A stretch of DNA of 62,316 bases, counting the filler, from Dirinaria sp. TL-2023a (taxonomy: Eukaryota), in the NCBI GenBank assembly GCA_051941275.1. It is 2 parts of 2 records of this genome, joined end to end, with 100 filler letters (N's around TTAATTAATTAA, not from the genome) between each part and the next. Parts side by side here need not be neighbours in the genome. Positions count along the whole stretch, not along the records: positions 1 to 31,160 come from JAVEBF010000095.1; 1 more part is not named here. One strand, 5' to 3'. The translations under genes and the position numbers were made by a program. Position 1 is the first letter of the stretch; each line of letters starts with the position of its first letter. Below the pieces are notes generated by a model that worked only from the letters and a program-made list of their open reading frames with translations, searched no databases and was not told the origin of the DNA. This document shows, piece after piece, positions 13,240 to 26,300 of this stretch.

Positions 13240-13899
13240 TCATGGGCTACCAAGGAGCCGTTCGGGCAAAATTCTGAGCAGTACACTCAATGACACGGTC
13301 CGGTCCAGCGTCTCCCAATATACATGGTAGGTTGGTGTCAGCTGTAGTCTTGTTAATTCTAGCATGGACTGCACCAGGTCCGCCACCATGATCCACGGGA
13401 TCTTTCCCCCTACCATTGCCAGTGACAGTTCGAACGGCCCATACGTCAAGACTAACGGATTCGCTGGTGGCTCCAAGCTCCAGTTGGCCTCAACTTGCCG
13501 CAAGATCTCGGAGTAGAAGTATTCCAGGACTTGAGCGGTAGCCGCAATAGGAACCAGAGTGTTGAGAATGTCCACTCTTTTAAGCTGTAGTTGATTTTCG
13601 AGTGAGAACCTGAACATTCTTTTATATTTCTTCAATACAATATGTCTCGTCTGACTGTGTTCTTTATCCCGGTTGCGTGGGCGCAGCATAGACGAGCGGA
13701 GGCGATGATCGTTGCTTGTCGTCAGGCTCCTGGCATGCTTCTGTGAAGGAACCGCCGAGTAAGGCCTTTCCTCGTGGGTAGATTCACCAAATCTCATCGA
13801 AACTTCAAACGGGTGATGGGACTTGGCGATGTCGATCGGATTGGGCATGCAGAAAGAAAAATTGAGCACAAAAAGCGGACATATCACGAAAAACAGCAT
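13240..13899 (-). CDS. Predicted secreted protein of unknown function
   Basis: Intronless 219-aa ORF. Hydrophobic signal peptide MLFFVICPLFVLNFSFCMP; C-terminal domain with alternating beta/alpha pattern (LVLTYGPFELSL, IPWIMVADLV, PTYHVYW). Confidence 0.65.
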   Translation of the reverse strand: MLFFVICPLFVLNFSFCMPNPIDIAKSHHPFEVSMRFGESTHEERPYSAVPSQKHARSLTTSNDHRLRSSMLRPRNRDKEHSQTRHIVLKKYKRMFRFSLENQLQLKRVDILNTLVPIAATAQVLEYFYSEILRQVEANWSLEPPANPLVLTYGPFELSLAMVGGKIPWIMVADLVQSMLELTRLQLTPTYHVYWETLDRTVSLSVLLRILPERLLGSP

Positions 13900-15149
13900 T
13901 GGGAACCTCGTTCTCGGCTTCTATATCGAACCAATTATGGTCAAAAGCTGGTCGGCCTGAGTAGCAGGTGTAAGAACAAACCGTAGCTCTGTGTCAATAA
14001 CGGCCTGGAGACCACGCGCCATTTTGAAGGGCGGTCCGTAGACTTCAACGTTGTTGGCGCTTCTAAGAGCTTCTGAATTATGATGTTTCCTGATCCTGGC
14101 GCAATAGCGGAAGCCATTTTACCAATCACGAGTACCCTAAACATGGAACCCCCCCACAATTCATGCCATGCTTATGTGGGGTCGAGGGGGTATCCCACAT
14201 TTATGTCAAGTTGGCAGGGAAAAAAGCTCATATAAAGTTGTCGGCAGAACCGCGCTTCAGCACTTAGCCCAAGTTACTTTGGCGAGCCTATAAAACTCCG
14301 CCAAGTTGTGGGGGATCTTTACGTTAAAAAAATAGCTTCCTTCGAATAAGCTCGCTCTAGGATATGATGTCTTTTCGTGCTGCTCGGTGTCAAGTACGTC
14401 GCTCAAAGAAAAAAGGTGCTGATTTATGAACGAAAAGGAGTGTGCTCCTTCTTTAGCGAGATGGATACCTACTGGCACCAAGAGATTGGATAGATTGAAG
14501 GACCGATCAGAATAAGCCTAGACAGACATTTTTGTGTAAATACGTAAATGAAGAAGTCGGTACCGCCGCCATGGTCATGGACAATAAACGCCGTGAGGGT
14601 CTGAGGATCATCAAGACTGCCACAATGCCATTTATATTTTCCCTATCTAAAGCGACAAGGATATGGACAATAGGGAGAGTTTCAACCAATCATCGGACAC
14701 AGTTCTGCGAACGCGACGCTGATGTGAAGAAAGAAAGGAGAATGGAGTGACTGCTGTATCATTTATATGCGAGAAGGCCCAACCCGACCCGGCTCCGCTC
14801 TGAAGATTTCGTCGTCTTGGCATTAGCCCGCCTGTCTCGCAGAACCTTTACATTGAACAACTTGACCAGATTATTTTGGAAAGTGTCAAGAGCTAATACA
14901 CTGTTAAAGTTATTACTCCTCGGCGAACAGTAGGCGGGCATCGATCCTCGATTCTGCCCTCCGACGCTAAGTGGAAGGCGTACATACTCTCCTTGCAAGA
15001 AGGGAAAGCGGAGACATATTACCGATGGCCAACAGTTGAAAGTGATACCCAGTTTTATTGAGACTGAAACTCGGCCAATTCCAAGAATTCTACCTTGCCA
15101 TCCGACTTGGGCTAGATATCTGATGGCTACTCCTTCAGCGGTACAGATC

Positions 15150-16727
15150 TTACTCACGTACGGTAGTTTGCTGCAGCTCGATATCGTATCTGAGATGGAT
15201 CTTATCGTCTGAAGTTTGCTTGTCACCTCCTTTTCGGATGAACGTTTGAACGCTTTTCAACTGTCCGAGTTCGTACGTCGCACGCGCATCGAGGCTCTGA
15301 GACTGAGGAGGCTGATTTTCAAGGTAGACGTATGAACCTTCATGTTGTTGTTCTGAAGTCGCATAAGGAGCTTGAGTGGCGGGCTGCGTAAAATTGGAGT
15401 TGCTATCAGTTGTCTCGGACCTACTAGACCAGAGCCTGGCGAAGATCGTGCGGTACTGCGAAAGGAGTGGGTAAAGAGGAGGAAGATGATGTCGAAGCAT
15501 TTTAGCAAAAGAGGGCAGACAGAGACAGACAATTCCGATGTTCACCTCTAGGAGCCTAGCTCGAGCTGATCAGGCACCCTGCTACTGAAGAACATAGATA
15601 GAAATTACTTACGTAAAAACTTCAACGATCAAATAATTCCAAGTAACATCCAGGCTTCGCTCTGCCACGACGCGATAGTAGAGGCTGAGAGTTGACCCAG
15701 CGCAAGCTCTTATAAAAGTTAGTAACTCTCCGATGCCAAGTTTCATTAAGAAATATCTCACAATAGGCCGGACATGAAAATGCTCAGAATACCAATCTTC
15801 CGTTTGGTAGGCAACTGCAATTGCGACACAGCTCCTATGGGCATGATCAAGAGCACAATGTCGATTCCTAGGCCAACAGCGGACAAAGGTACTGACAGTA
15901 TATTGGACTTTCGACCTTCGGAAAGCATGAAATCGACCCACGTCTGTCTCGGTTTCGGAGTCGTGATTATTAATTGTGCAATGGTAGCGGCTCCGTAAAA
16001 CGCACATGTCAAAGTAGCGCCAAAATAGACGGAGGTCCGTAGCCACCTTAGAGGCCGGAAGATCTGATAATAGAACAGGAAGAAGGACAGTTTGATGAAA
16101 AGCAAGCTCGGCGAGCTCAGGATGGTCATGATATAACTCGGCTGCAAGTAGTCAATGAAGGAGCCGAAGTCATTTTGGGAGAGCTACTATGAGAGAATTC
16201 TTGCTCATGAAGTCAACTACCCTTACATCCCATTGATGATTTCCATAAGGCCCTTTCGTGGCGCCTGCCAGCCTTTCGTAAGTTCGGGATTTTAGACGAG
16301 ACGGGATTCCATTTCACAGTACCCCAAAAGCATGCGATATACATCCCAATGGAACCGAGCTACGATTTGTCAAAATTCTGCTCGGCAGACCTTTCTTTGT
16401 AACCATACGAATCCCATAGTACAAGTTACTGTTAGCAGCTGTCAGCACCCATTCGTAGAATTGATACAAATAATCAGAACACTTACAGTCATCCCAGCTC
16501 GGCCCGCGAATAATTACTACCTTCGTGTAGAGCCTGTTCGCAAAGAACACCGTCATGAGACAAAATAGAATTGTTGCGACAGACTTGAATACAATGTTGT
16601 TGTTGTTCTCGGAGCTGGCAAAGTTGCTCTTTAGACCTTTTGGGGGTTCCATTGCCGGCAGGTTGTATAGAATGCTTGGTGGGAGACTGGTTAGGAAATC
16701 AGGAGATAGACCAGGATTGGAAGCCAT
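15150..16727 (-). CDS. PTH11-like (fungal rhodopsin-domain) integral membrane protein without CFEM, multi-exon
   Basis: PAMEPPKGLKSNF, NRLYTKVVII..SWDD, YGNHQWDV, FIKLSFFLFYYQIF, IDIVLLIMPIGAVSQLQLPTKRKIGILSIFMSG, EVNIGIVCLCLP; splices in frame. Confidence 0.85.
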
Positions 16728-17916
16728 ATCTATGAAAGTCAAAGTACAACAAATTAAGCTGGGAGAAATAGAAGGATATTGGAAATTCGCCGCACTTTGG
16801 GAGTAAGGAGCCTTGGGCATTTGCAGGGGACGGTAGTCTGCTCTCAAATACCTTGCAGATAGAGCTTATAGCAATAACGACATATATACTCAACAGTAGA
16901 AATGGTGCAACACGCATCCTTTCATGCAATACTGTGCTTCAATGGAAGGACGATAGTGCAGATCAGTAGGACTGCAACGGAATTGAGTAGGAATTGGCTG
17001 TCTTTGATGTGATTTTTGGCTTTGGCCCAAGAAAGATGCATATGGCACAGTCAATGCGGGATCGTACGCATTCCAAAGTCACCCAATCGCTGATAGATGC
17101 GAACAATTTGGCTTTCTGATGCACAGAGAAAAGAAAATTTGGGGCCCCGCTGAGATTGAACGGCAAATTCTGCAGGAATTAGTGACTAGGTCGTTAGCTG
17201 GCTTGCTCCAATGGCTTTCTACTTGGATTGATACTAACATGCATGAAGCGAAGAGTGCACTGAATGTCTCCTTGTACCCTCTGTTGAGATGCTCTAGCTA
17301 GAAGTAGGGATCTCAAGATTCTGCACTGGACTGCACGGAAATGACGAGATGACGCATTTTATCTGATGGCCGGTGCCTCGCCCAGTGGTAGATTGCTATT
17401 ATCGTATGCTTTCGATATCTTGCGCTGGCGCACATTGCCTCGTTGCCTTACTACAAGTTTGTATGATTGTTGTTGGCGCGCATATAATGTTGATGCATCA
17501 GAGAGGATTTCTACCCGATCTCTCGATGGGGAACCACCACGGAGTACCCGTATGTGATAGACACCACCTACTTCACTCTGATCATAGACCACCCTATTTT
17601 TGACGACAGCTGGTTTGTTATCTCGTAGAATTTGTGCATGGGTAACATGAAGGCAACTTTGGTGACCACGTCATCATCATAGGTTCTAAGGAGGCAGAGT
17701 CCTTAAGACTACCTAAGTAAAGTGAAGTAGGTAAACAAGGTAAGCTAGGAAAAGCGAGGTATCTTCCTTTAGATAAGGTCATTGGCGATGTCGCGTGTCG
17801 GCGCTTACGCTCGCGCGCCTATGAAGTGCCATGGAGTTGTGCCTAACCCTAAGGTATATCGAAAACCTCATTGCGATAAGTTTCGGTATCGGATACCTCA
17901 GCAAATTTGCGAGATC

Positions 17917-18798
17917 ATGTTGGCATCAGGCTTCACAGGTGCACCGGTCTGCCGTTTTCTGGTTTTTGGCCTCGTAGCATTGTCGCTTCTGGTCAGTATC
18001 ACAGATACGAAAAATCTCTTCTACGTCACTGTCGTTCCACATTTTTGGCAATATAAACAATTGTGGCGACTTCTGGTCGGGCAAACATGCTATACGAATT
18101 CTACAGAACTACTTTTTGCTACAATGTCAATTTATCACCTGCGTGTCATTGAGCGCCTTTGGGGCTCACGCAAATTTGCTGTATGTACTGGACTTGCCTT
18201 GGAGAAAATTGGTGCTCACTGAGCAATTCATTCTCCTTTTTAGTTGTTGAGGTTCGCTAACGCAACTACCATGCAGTCATTCATCCTTTCAAACTTACCG
18301 CCAACGCTCCTCTTTCCACCTCTCTTTCTCGCTCTCCTACTCCGGCCTCTCTCTTTCAATCGAATCAACACCCTTCCTACCGGCCCTACCCCTATAGTGT
18401 TTGCCATGCTGGCTCAATATCATGCCGCTATTCCTCATGTCTACAAATACCGTATCATCGACTCTTTTTCCACACAAAGCACACCAGAGGGCATAACGCT
18501 CTCTGATAAATCCTTAACCTACGTCCTTGCTTGCCAACTTGCACTTTCTTCTCTGCCAGGATCGCTAGTAGCTGCAGGAGTAGGGTGGGGGGTAGGTGTA
18601 GCATGGAGATACGAGCTAGGACCGGCGGTGTGGGCGCGATGGAGAGTATCAGGTTGGTTGGTGAATTGGGGGAAGAGAGAGGATGAGGGTTTGGAAGGCC
18701 TAACAAGCAGTTTGGAACGGGAACAAGGAACAGGTACTGGTCTCGAGGAAAGTGGAGGCGGAATTAGGAGGAGGGAGGGTAGAGGCACTGCGGAGTAG
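17917..18798 (+). CDS. DSC2: Rhomboid-like pseudoprotease, DSC E3 ligase subunit Dsc2/UBAC2-like; exons 17917-18180, 18277-18798
   Basis: MLASGFTGAPV, QLWRLL, LRVIERLWGSRKFA|SFI, GPTPIVFAMLAQYHAAIPHVYKY, LSDKSLTY. No clear C-terminal UBA domain. Confidence 0.8.
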
Positions 18799-19610
18799 TG
18801 GCTTTTCATAGTATTCGTAATTGGATGGGAGAAAGCAATGTTCACTGACCAGTACACACTGTTCTGCACATTGACTTGCGCCATGTCTCTGCGGTACGGT
18901 TGTTTGCTAACTAGGTCCGGTTTGACGCTCCAAAGAGGCGAGAAACGACAAAGCACTTGACAAGGTGGCATGAAATTCTACTTACATTTACAGCGGTACC
19001 CTCGGTACCTTACCTGACTCAGTAATGAATGGCACTTGCCTACCGACCCTGCCAAGCCTGCTGGCTTTGTGAATGAATGTGTTTCTGGGTCGAACCTGCC
19101 CGCCGGACTGAAACCGAACTGACGCTAAGCAGAATTTCTTTCCTTTCGTAACACTCCAGGCCTTTCTTGTGAGCTCACATCACTTTTACGAAAACATCTT
19201 CCCTCAACCCCGTGAAACACGCACACTGTCGTGTTTCTTCTCTTTGCCCATCCCCTAACGAAAACACTCGTATCCACCCCAAAAAAAGTTGAAAACCTAT
19301 AAAACAGAAAGCATTCGCTGTATGTCAAATTCAACAGGAGTGCTGCGATCTCACTTCGTCTTTCGATCTCCACCATAGCTGGCAGGACGACTTGATCTTT
19401 TGCAGCTAACTAGGGAAATCTGAAGCAGGCTCTACTCCGAACGAACTTCATTTATTTTACCGGATATTCTGACTAGTAACGCCTGACAAAGTAAGTTGTG
19501 GTTTTCTTTTCTATAGTATTGACTGGGTCTGCCTGTAACAATATGTCCTGAAGAGACAACCCAGAGTTTTCGCAGTGCTAAACAAGGCTCCAGGTCATAT
19601 TGCTGCTCTC

Positions 19611-22203
19611 ATGGCTACCGAAGTTGACAATGTCGCAAACCCCCCTTCCCTTGAAGGACTGTCCCTTGAGGACAAGCCTACATCTCCCGCAAATGGTGCC
19701 GCGCCTAATGGAAACACAATCGACACCTCAGTAACTTCGGCTCAGTCCCTCGTAGACCCAGATGCCGCGCAGACTCCTACATCTGCAGCCCCAAGCGGAA
19801 CGAATCAGCCTCACTCAGCTTCCCTCTATGTCGGTGAGCTTGACCAAGCCGTGACGGAAGCGATGCTCTTCGAGCTCTTCTCTTCAATCGGGCAGGTAGC
19901 CTCCATTCGTGTGTGTCGCGACGCAGTCACTCGTCGTTCGCTTGGTTATGCCTATGTCAACTACAACAACACGGCTGATGGGGAGCGTGCGCTGGAAGAG
20001 CTCAACTACACAATCATCAAGGGTCGCCCATGCCGCATCATGTGGTCACAACGCGATCCGCTTTTACGAAAAACGGGCCAAGGCAACGTTTTCATCAAGA
20101 ATTTGGACACTGCGATCGATAACAAGGCTCTGCATGACACTTTCGCAGCCTTTGGTAATATTCTTAGCTGCAAGGTTGCCCAAGACGAGCACGGGAATTC
20201 GAAAGGCTATGGCTTCGTCCACTATGAAACAGGTGAGGCGGCCACCAACGCAATTAAGCACGTGAACGGGATGCTCTTGAACGAGAAGAAGGTGTTCGTG
20301 GGTCATCATATTCCAAGGAAAGACCGCGACAGCAAGTTCGACGAAATGAAGGCGAACTTCACCAATATATATGTGAAGAATATTCAATCTGACGTCAGTG
20401 ACGACGACCTTCGCGAGCTCTTTGAGAACTACGGTGAAGTCACGTCCGCGGCCATTGCTCGAGATTCTGAATCGGGGAAGAGTCGAGGTTTCGGATTTGT
20501 CAACTTCATCAAGCATGAGGAGGCTGCCAAAGCAGTGGACGACCTAAATGAGAAAGACTTCAAAGGCGAGAGACTCTACGTCGGGCGTGCGCAGAAGAAG
20601 CATGAACGCGAGGAGGAGCTGAAGAAGCAACATGAAGCTGCTCGCGCTGAGAAGAGCTCCAAGTACCAGGGCGTGAATTTGTACGTTAAGAATCTGAGTG
20701 ATGACATTGGCGATGACGAGCTGCGTGAGATATTTGCTGCCGCTGGAACCATCACATCTGCGAAGGTAATGCGCGATTCCGGTCTGGAGCGGACCGATTC
20801 GTCTGAGGGTGAGAAGAGTAAAGACGGCAATAAAGAGTCTGAAAAGGGCCCTCAGGCAGAAGATGCAGAGCAGAAGGATGAAGATCAAGAGGACAAGTCG
20901 AAGAAGGAGAACGCAAAGCCGACTAAGCGCCCTCTTGGAAAGAGCAAAGGATTCGGCTTTGTGTGCTTTAGCAACCCGGATGAAGCCACGAAAGCCGTCG
21001 CAGAGTTCAACTCAAAGATGGTCCATGGCAAGCCACTGTATGTGGCAGTAGCGCAGCGAAAAGATATTCGTAAGAACCAGGTAATTCTAACCAAGTAGCT
21101 CCCACTACCAGACATGCCTAACCGTGTGTCCAGCTCGAAGCTAGTATCCAAGCTCGTAATCAGATTCGAATGCAACAAACTGCAGCTGCTGCCGGTATGC
21201 CGCAACAAGTAAGTCACGTCGACACCAATCCAGACCTCTATCTAAAGTGCCTTTAGCAGTTCATACAGCCAGCGATGTTCTACGGTCCCGGGCAACAACC
21301 TGCCTTCATGCCTCCCAACGCCGCGGCTGGGCGGGGTGGTATGCCGTTTACTGCTCAGCAGGGTGTGATGCTTCCCAGCATGCAGGGTGGCCGGGCTGGT
21401 CAATTCCCCGGAATGCAGGCACCGCAGGGCGGTCGTGGCGGTCAGCAGATGCCACCTAATGCTTTCGGAATGCCTGGTCAGATGCCATTTAATGCCATGC
21501 CCCAAGCTGGTCCTGGGGGTTTTCCGAATGGCATGGGCTATCCTCAAGCTCTAGCTCAAGTCCAAGCATCGCTAGGACGCGGTGGTCAAGGAGGTCGGGG
21601 ACAGATGTCGGGTGTGCCAGGTATGCAGGGCATGCCTCAACAGATGATGGGCCTCCCAGGAATGCGTGGTAGAGATAGTCGCCCTCAGTATCCTGGACAG
21701 TCCGGTCGAGGAGGTGTGGGTATGAATATGGGCGTGGAATCTAGGCAAATGAGCGGATTCCCTCAGCAAGGCCGCGGACCGATGGGCCCTTTAATGGGTC
21801 AACAATCGCAGGTCCCGCCTGCTCCATCGGCACCCACCACACTTGAAATGATAACGTCTGCTCCACCAAACGGACAAAAGCAACTCCTTGGCGAAGCTCT
21901 CTACCCGAGGATTCAGACTTTGCAGCCCGAGCTGGCGGGCAAGATTACAGGAATGCTTCTGGAGATGGACAATTCCGAGCTCTTCGGACTGTAAGCCACC
22001 GTGAGGTCAATCAGTGGACCGATCTTGCTGACTTGGACAGGGTCGATGACAATGACAAGCTTCGCGAAAAGGTCCATGATGCTTTAAATGTTTACAACGA
22101 ATACCTCAAGACATCGCAGAGTAGCGGCGACAACAGCGGCTCAGACCCAACAGGACCCGAGGAGCCACGGCATGATGCTGCAACCGAGGAAGTTAAAGGG
22201 TGA
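19611..22203 (+). CDS. PAB1: Cytoplasmic poly(A)-binding protein; exons 19611-21080, 21134-21208, 21260-21990, 22041-22203
   Basis: Four RRMs ([41 protein letters not shown]), a Q/G/M/P-rich linker and the PABC/MLLE domain ([11 protein letters not shown]...[14 protein letters not shown]). Confidence 0.97.
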
Positions 22204-23368
22204 TCGAGCCATTTTGTGATCTCGATGCGCGTGCGGTCCGCGGCAGAATTGTGCATTTACACCCTTGTGCCTATCCATTCGAGGTCTCAGGCGAGTTGGT
22301 AGGGTGGATCATCTTCATTGCCAGCGACTGCAGCTGGCTTGAGTGGGTTTGCGATTATCTCCAATAGAGCATGTCTTACTACTTGTTGCTACACCCATCG
22401 GGCTTTGTACTTTAGAGGCCAGCTTATGCCCGGACCAGCTGTCCAGGCTTCTTCTGCGTTGCCATAGCTTTACATCACGAGGCTTTAGGCTGCCTGCAAA
22501 CAGGCAGAAATAGATAGAGAACATGTTTTCCACAGCTTGCACAGACCAAGGTACTGTCCAGTTCCGCACGGCATAACGCCCTCCCAGCAACCGGCTGTTG
22601 ATCAGAACACGCGGCAATTCTAGAGTGAACTGATGATTATGCCAGCATGACTTGGTTTCAGTTGAGCTGTGTCAAGGCAAAGACTAATGTAGGGAGCGAG
22701 GGGATGTTACAAAGTCGCACCATCTCCTGAAAGCGGTGCCAACTTTCATGCTCCCATCATGTAAGATTATGTCCCTGAGGTTCCCTGTCGAATTATGCTC
22801 ACCTAGAAGACTAAAGTACTGTACATATGTACGGAGTACATAACTTAATGTATGTATGTGCATAAGTACATAAGGTAAGATTGCATAAGGTAGCGATCTC
22901 TAAGCGCCCGGCCAGATGCGAGATGTGACGACGATTTTCATTGGGTCAAGAGTTGGAGCTGTTCCTGACCAGAGCTCGCCAGTCGAACCAGTCTAACCGG
23001 CTCCATCAAATCCCAAGCCACGCTTCGGCTCTAGCGCTCCCCTCAGATGCAAAGAATAGAAACCACTGGGATCCAGAACTCCATCGCGAACGAACGATTG
23101 CTCCAATCACCGACATTTCTCTTCGTCAAGATGCACCCCTTCCTCTCCGCTTTCTCCTGCCTTACCAAAAGTCGCTGCATTGACGTCTCCCCATGCCTGG
23201 CCCAACATTCGGTCTCGCCAGGTACTGGCTGAGATGTATTTTACGAAATGACCATCAATTCGCACGTTTCATCTCCGCTCCCTGAGCACATTCATCAGCG
23301 TTTACTACGTATGTTGTGGCCAACAGCGTAGGAGGTCCTGCGTAGGCCTCCCGGAACAGCCTCTCACC

Positions 23369-26300
23369 ATGACTAGCCGATACGCCTACAGCAATGCGCC
23401 TTCCCACGAGCCTCTTCCTCCCTCTCCCCCTCCCCGCCGGCGTCAACAACCTAGGCACCCCCCAAGCCTGCAAACGACAGCGCTGGGAAACGCTCACATC
23501 CCAAGTATACAAACCCCTCTATCAACTACTTCCTTAAGCAGCCCATTTTCCATCGCCTCTCCAAGCGGTACAATGCTAGCGACAACGCCCATGGCATCCA
23601 GGACCGCAGCGTCTTTCAATGCCGTCTACAACCCTCAGCAATGGGGGCCTCTGAGTGGTGGTTCACCAAATTCTACACGAGCTGGACTCGGAAGGGAGAG
23701 ACATGCGGGTCAAACGCCCAGATTAGCACCCCGTCCTGTTGGACCGGATGGTATGGCCATCTCGTCCTGTTGACCGTCTGTGTATTGCTATTTGAACTCA
23801 CCAGTGCTGATTAGAACCTGTCGCTTCCCCACCCCCTCCGTACTCTCCGAGACGAGACGAGACGAGCGAGCCCAGAGAGCGCAATATGGTCGATATCGCG
23901 TCGCCCGCGGACACCATATCCCCGGACTCGGATCCATCACGTTACAGTACACCAATCAGCGCAGCAACCACAGTCTCTCCGGACTTTGCCCCTAGGAATT
24001 TCAGGCGCTCTCCTCTAGCGCCATCGCAACCCTTCGCAAGCGAAAGCCCGATCATTGCTCAAGATGCTACATTCCCTCCCCCGCCCCCTTCGTCAAAATC
24101 CAGCAACCGTAATCAATCAACTTCGAAAAGCCATACAGATTGGCTAATGTCCTCGCTGCGGTCGCGAAATAGAGCCGCGAGTACCACATCACCTGCTTCT
24201 GCGATCGATACTTTGCAGCAAGACACCGCTCAAGCAATAGCGAGATCGCCTGATACTACCCGTGGAAATCCGACGATAACGCCTCCAGCTGCCCGAAGAG
24301 CCGCATCTACGGGGTTCATTGGCTCACACAGCCGAACCCCACCGTCAGCTCGTCGCTCACCCAGCCAATCCGCCTGGGAGCCCGGCATGCCTCTGCCTCC
24401 GCCTCCACCAGGCCCCCCGCCCCCATCAATGCGATCTCAGAGCCTCAATCGCCCACCTTATTCTAGCTCCTCAGGGTTTGACTCGGCTTCTGGAACCGCT
24501 CCTCGACCAAGGCGTGAACCTGGACTTGGATCGAAGCTGGGCCCTGTACCACCAACACCGGCAGATTGGAATGATGGAGAGGAGGAACCTCATCAACAGA
24601 CCTGGCGTGGTCGATCAAACGGACCTTCGCAGCTTCATATAGACACGGGTAGTATATTGAAGGATCCTCAAGATGGGGCTGATCAGCTTTCCGCTGCTCC
24701 CAACACTTCTAGACAACGCCCATTACACTTAAGGCGGGACTCCTCCTGTGGTGCATTGGCCAGGAGCCCTGCGGTCAGAAACCGCAGCGCAAAAGGTATA
24801 CGTGAAAGGCGCAGCGAAAGCCGGAACGGGAAGGGTAGGGCGACAGAAGATTTAAGTCACCCCATTTCGAGTGATCCTTACAATGAGGCTTCAAGTCCTC
24901 AAAACATAAGGCCAACCGATCTTATTCTACCTAGCCAAGGCACAATATCGAAGAGACGAATAGACGCCAAGAGTCCTCGAAGCGGCAAGGATACATTGAA
25001 CTTGAATGGTCCTCTGAGTGGTAGCGAAGCAAGAACACCCACGAGTGTTCAGTCACGAGTTGAATTCGAGGCTCCCTCTCTCAGCACGCTTTCTAAGTCC
25101 CCTTCCCTCACCAAAGACAGCGCTTCCACATCCAGGTCTGAACCGTACCCTTCAACAAAGCTAGTGCCTACTCTAGAGACAAAAGGCAACGCTAATCACA
25201 TGAATCTAATTCCTTCGGCAAATCGAAACCATTCTGAAGCACGTCCTATATCTCACATATTGCATATGCCCAACACAGAGGGTGCCGTTCAAGCTCCATT
25301 ACTTCCCCAAAACCCTCCTACAGAGGAAATTCAAACTGACCTCTTGGGGCCCGAGAGTCCTCGTGCGTTCGCCCAACGGGCTAATGAACGTCATCGCATA
25401 TTTGCAGACCGCGAGGCCGCTGCTGTTGAAGATGCAGAAAAGATGACATTATTTGTGCAATTCGTGCTTACTGAATCAAGAATCAGGCAAGAGCAATACA
25501 AATCCTTCTTTAAAACCGAAGATTGTGACGTAGAGGGATTGATGAACGCGCTTTTGGGCCAAGGTCACGCCCCCAACGGTACTAAAGATGTGCGAGCTCC
25601 TGAACCCCTGACGAAAGTCAAGCAAAGGCAGTCAATACATGCCAGCTCCGCGTCCGAATCCTCTGCGCAAGGATCACTATGGCAAGCTGACTCAACAGTG
25701 AGCAGTCAGAAACAAAGCTCACCCATCACTGTCAGCAGTGAGAACAGCTCTCATCTTGGGCCAGAGCCAAATGGATGGAAAGAATACGTTCCCTGTCTCT
25801 CACCAATCGCGAGCATGAGCGTGGTGACAGGTCAAGATGAGATGGACTCACGAGGGAGAGCGCCGAGCCGCTGGTGGGAGGACCGATCTGGCGAATCTGC
25901 ACCTGGTGATGCATTTAATGTTCTTGGAAGAACGAAACGTGAATCGAAATACATGGGCGTCTCTAAAGAGGCGCGTGACTCGCCCGCTTTCTTGGGGTCC
26001 AGCATCGCCGCCGCCGCCAGCATCAGCGATGGGCTACAAGACAAGCCTCTGCAGAATCATGACTTTTATGCCGAGCATGAATATCCTCCTGAGAAAGTTG
26101 GCTGGCACGAGGAAGCTACTTCGTTTTCTCTACCTACCGCTCATCCTTCAACCCCTCAATCGGCTCCTTATACTCCTGATCCGAGGAAATTAGACGTCTC
26201 GCGACTTGTCACCTTACCACCTCCATATCCTCGACATTATCCAGCAGTCAATAACAGCCATCCGGACCTCTCAGATGAAAGAGCGGTAGTACGTTCACTG

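Noticed and set aside
22625..22735. Possible C/D box snoRNA (TGATGA at 22631, CTGA at ~22727) downstream of PAB1
   Set aside because: No convincing terminal stem and no rRNA-complementary guide that I can recognise; such short boxes occur by chance. An Rfam or snoscan search would settle it.
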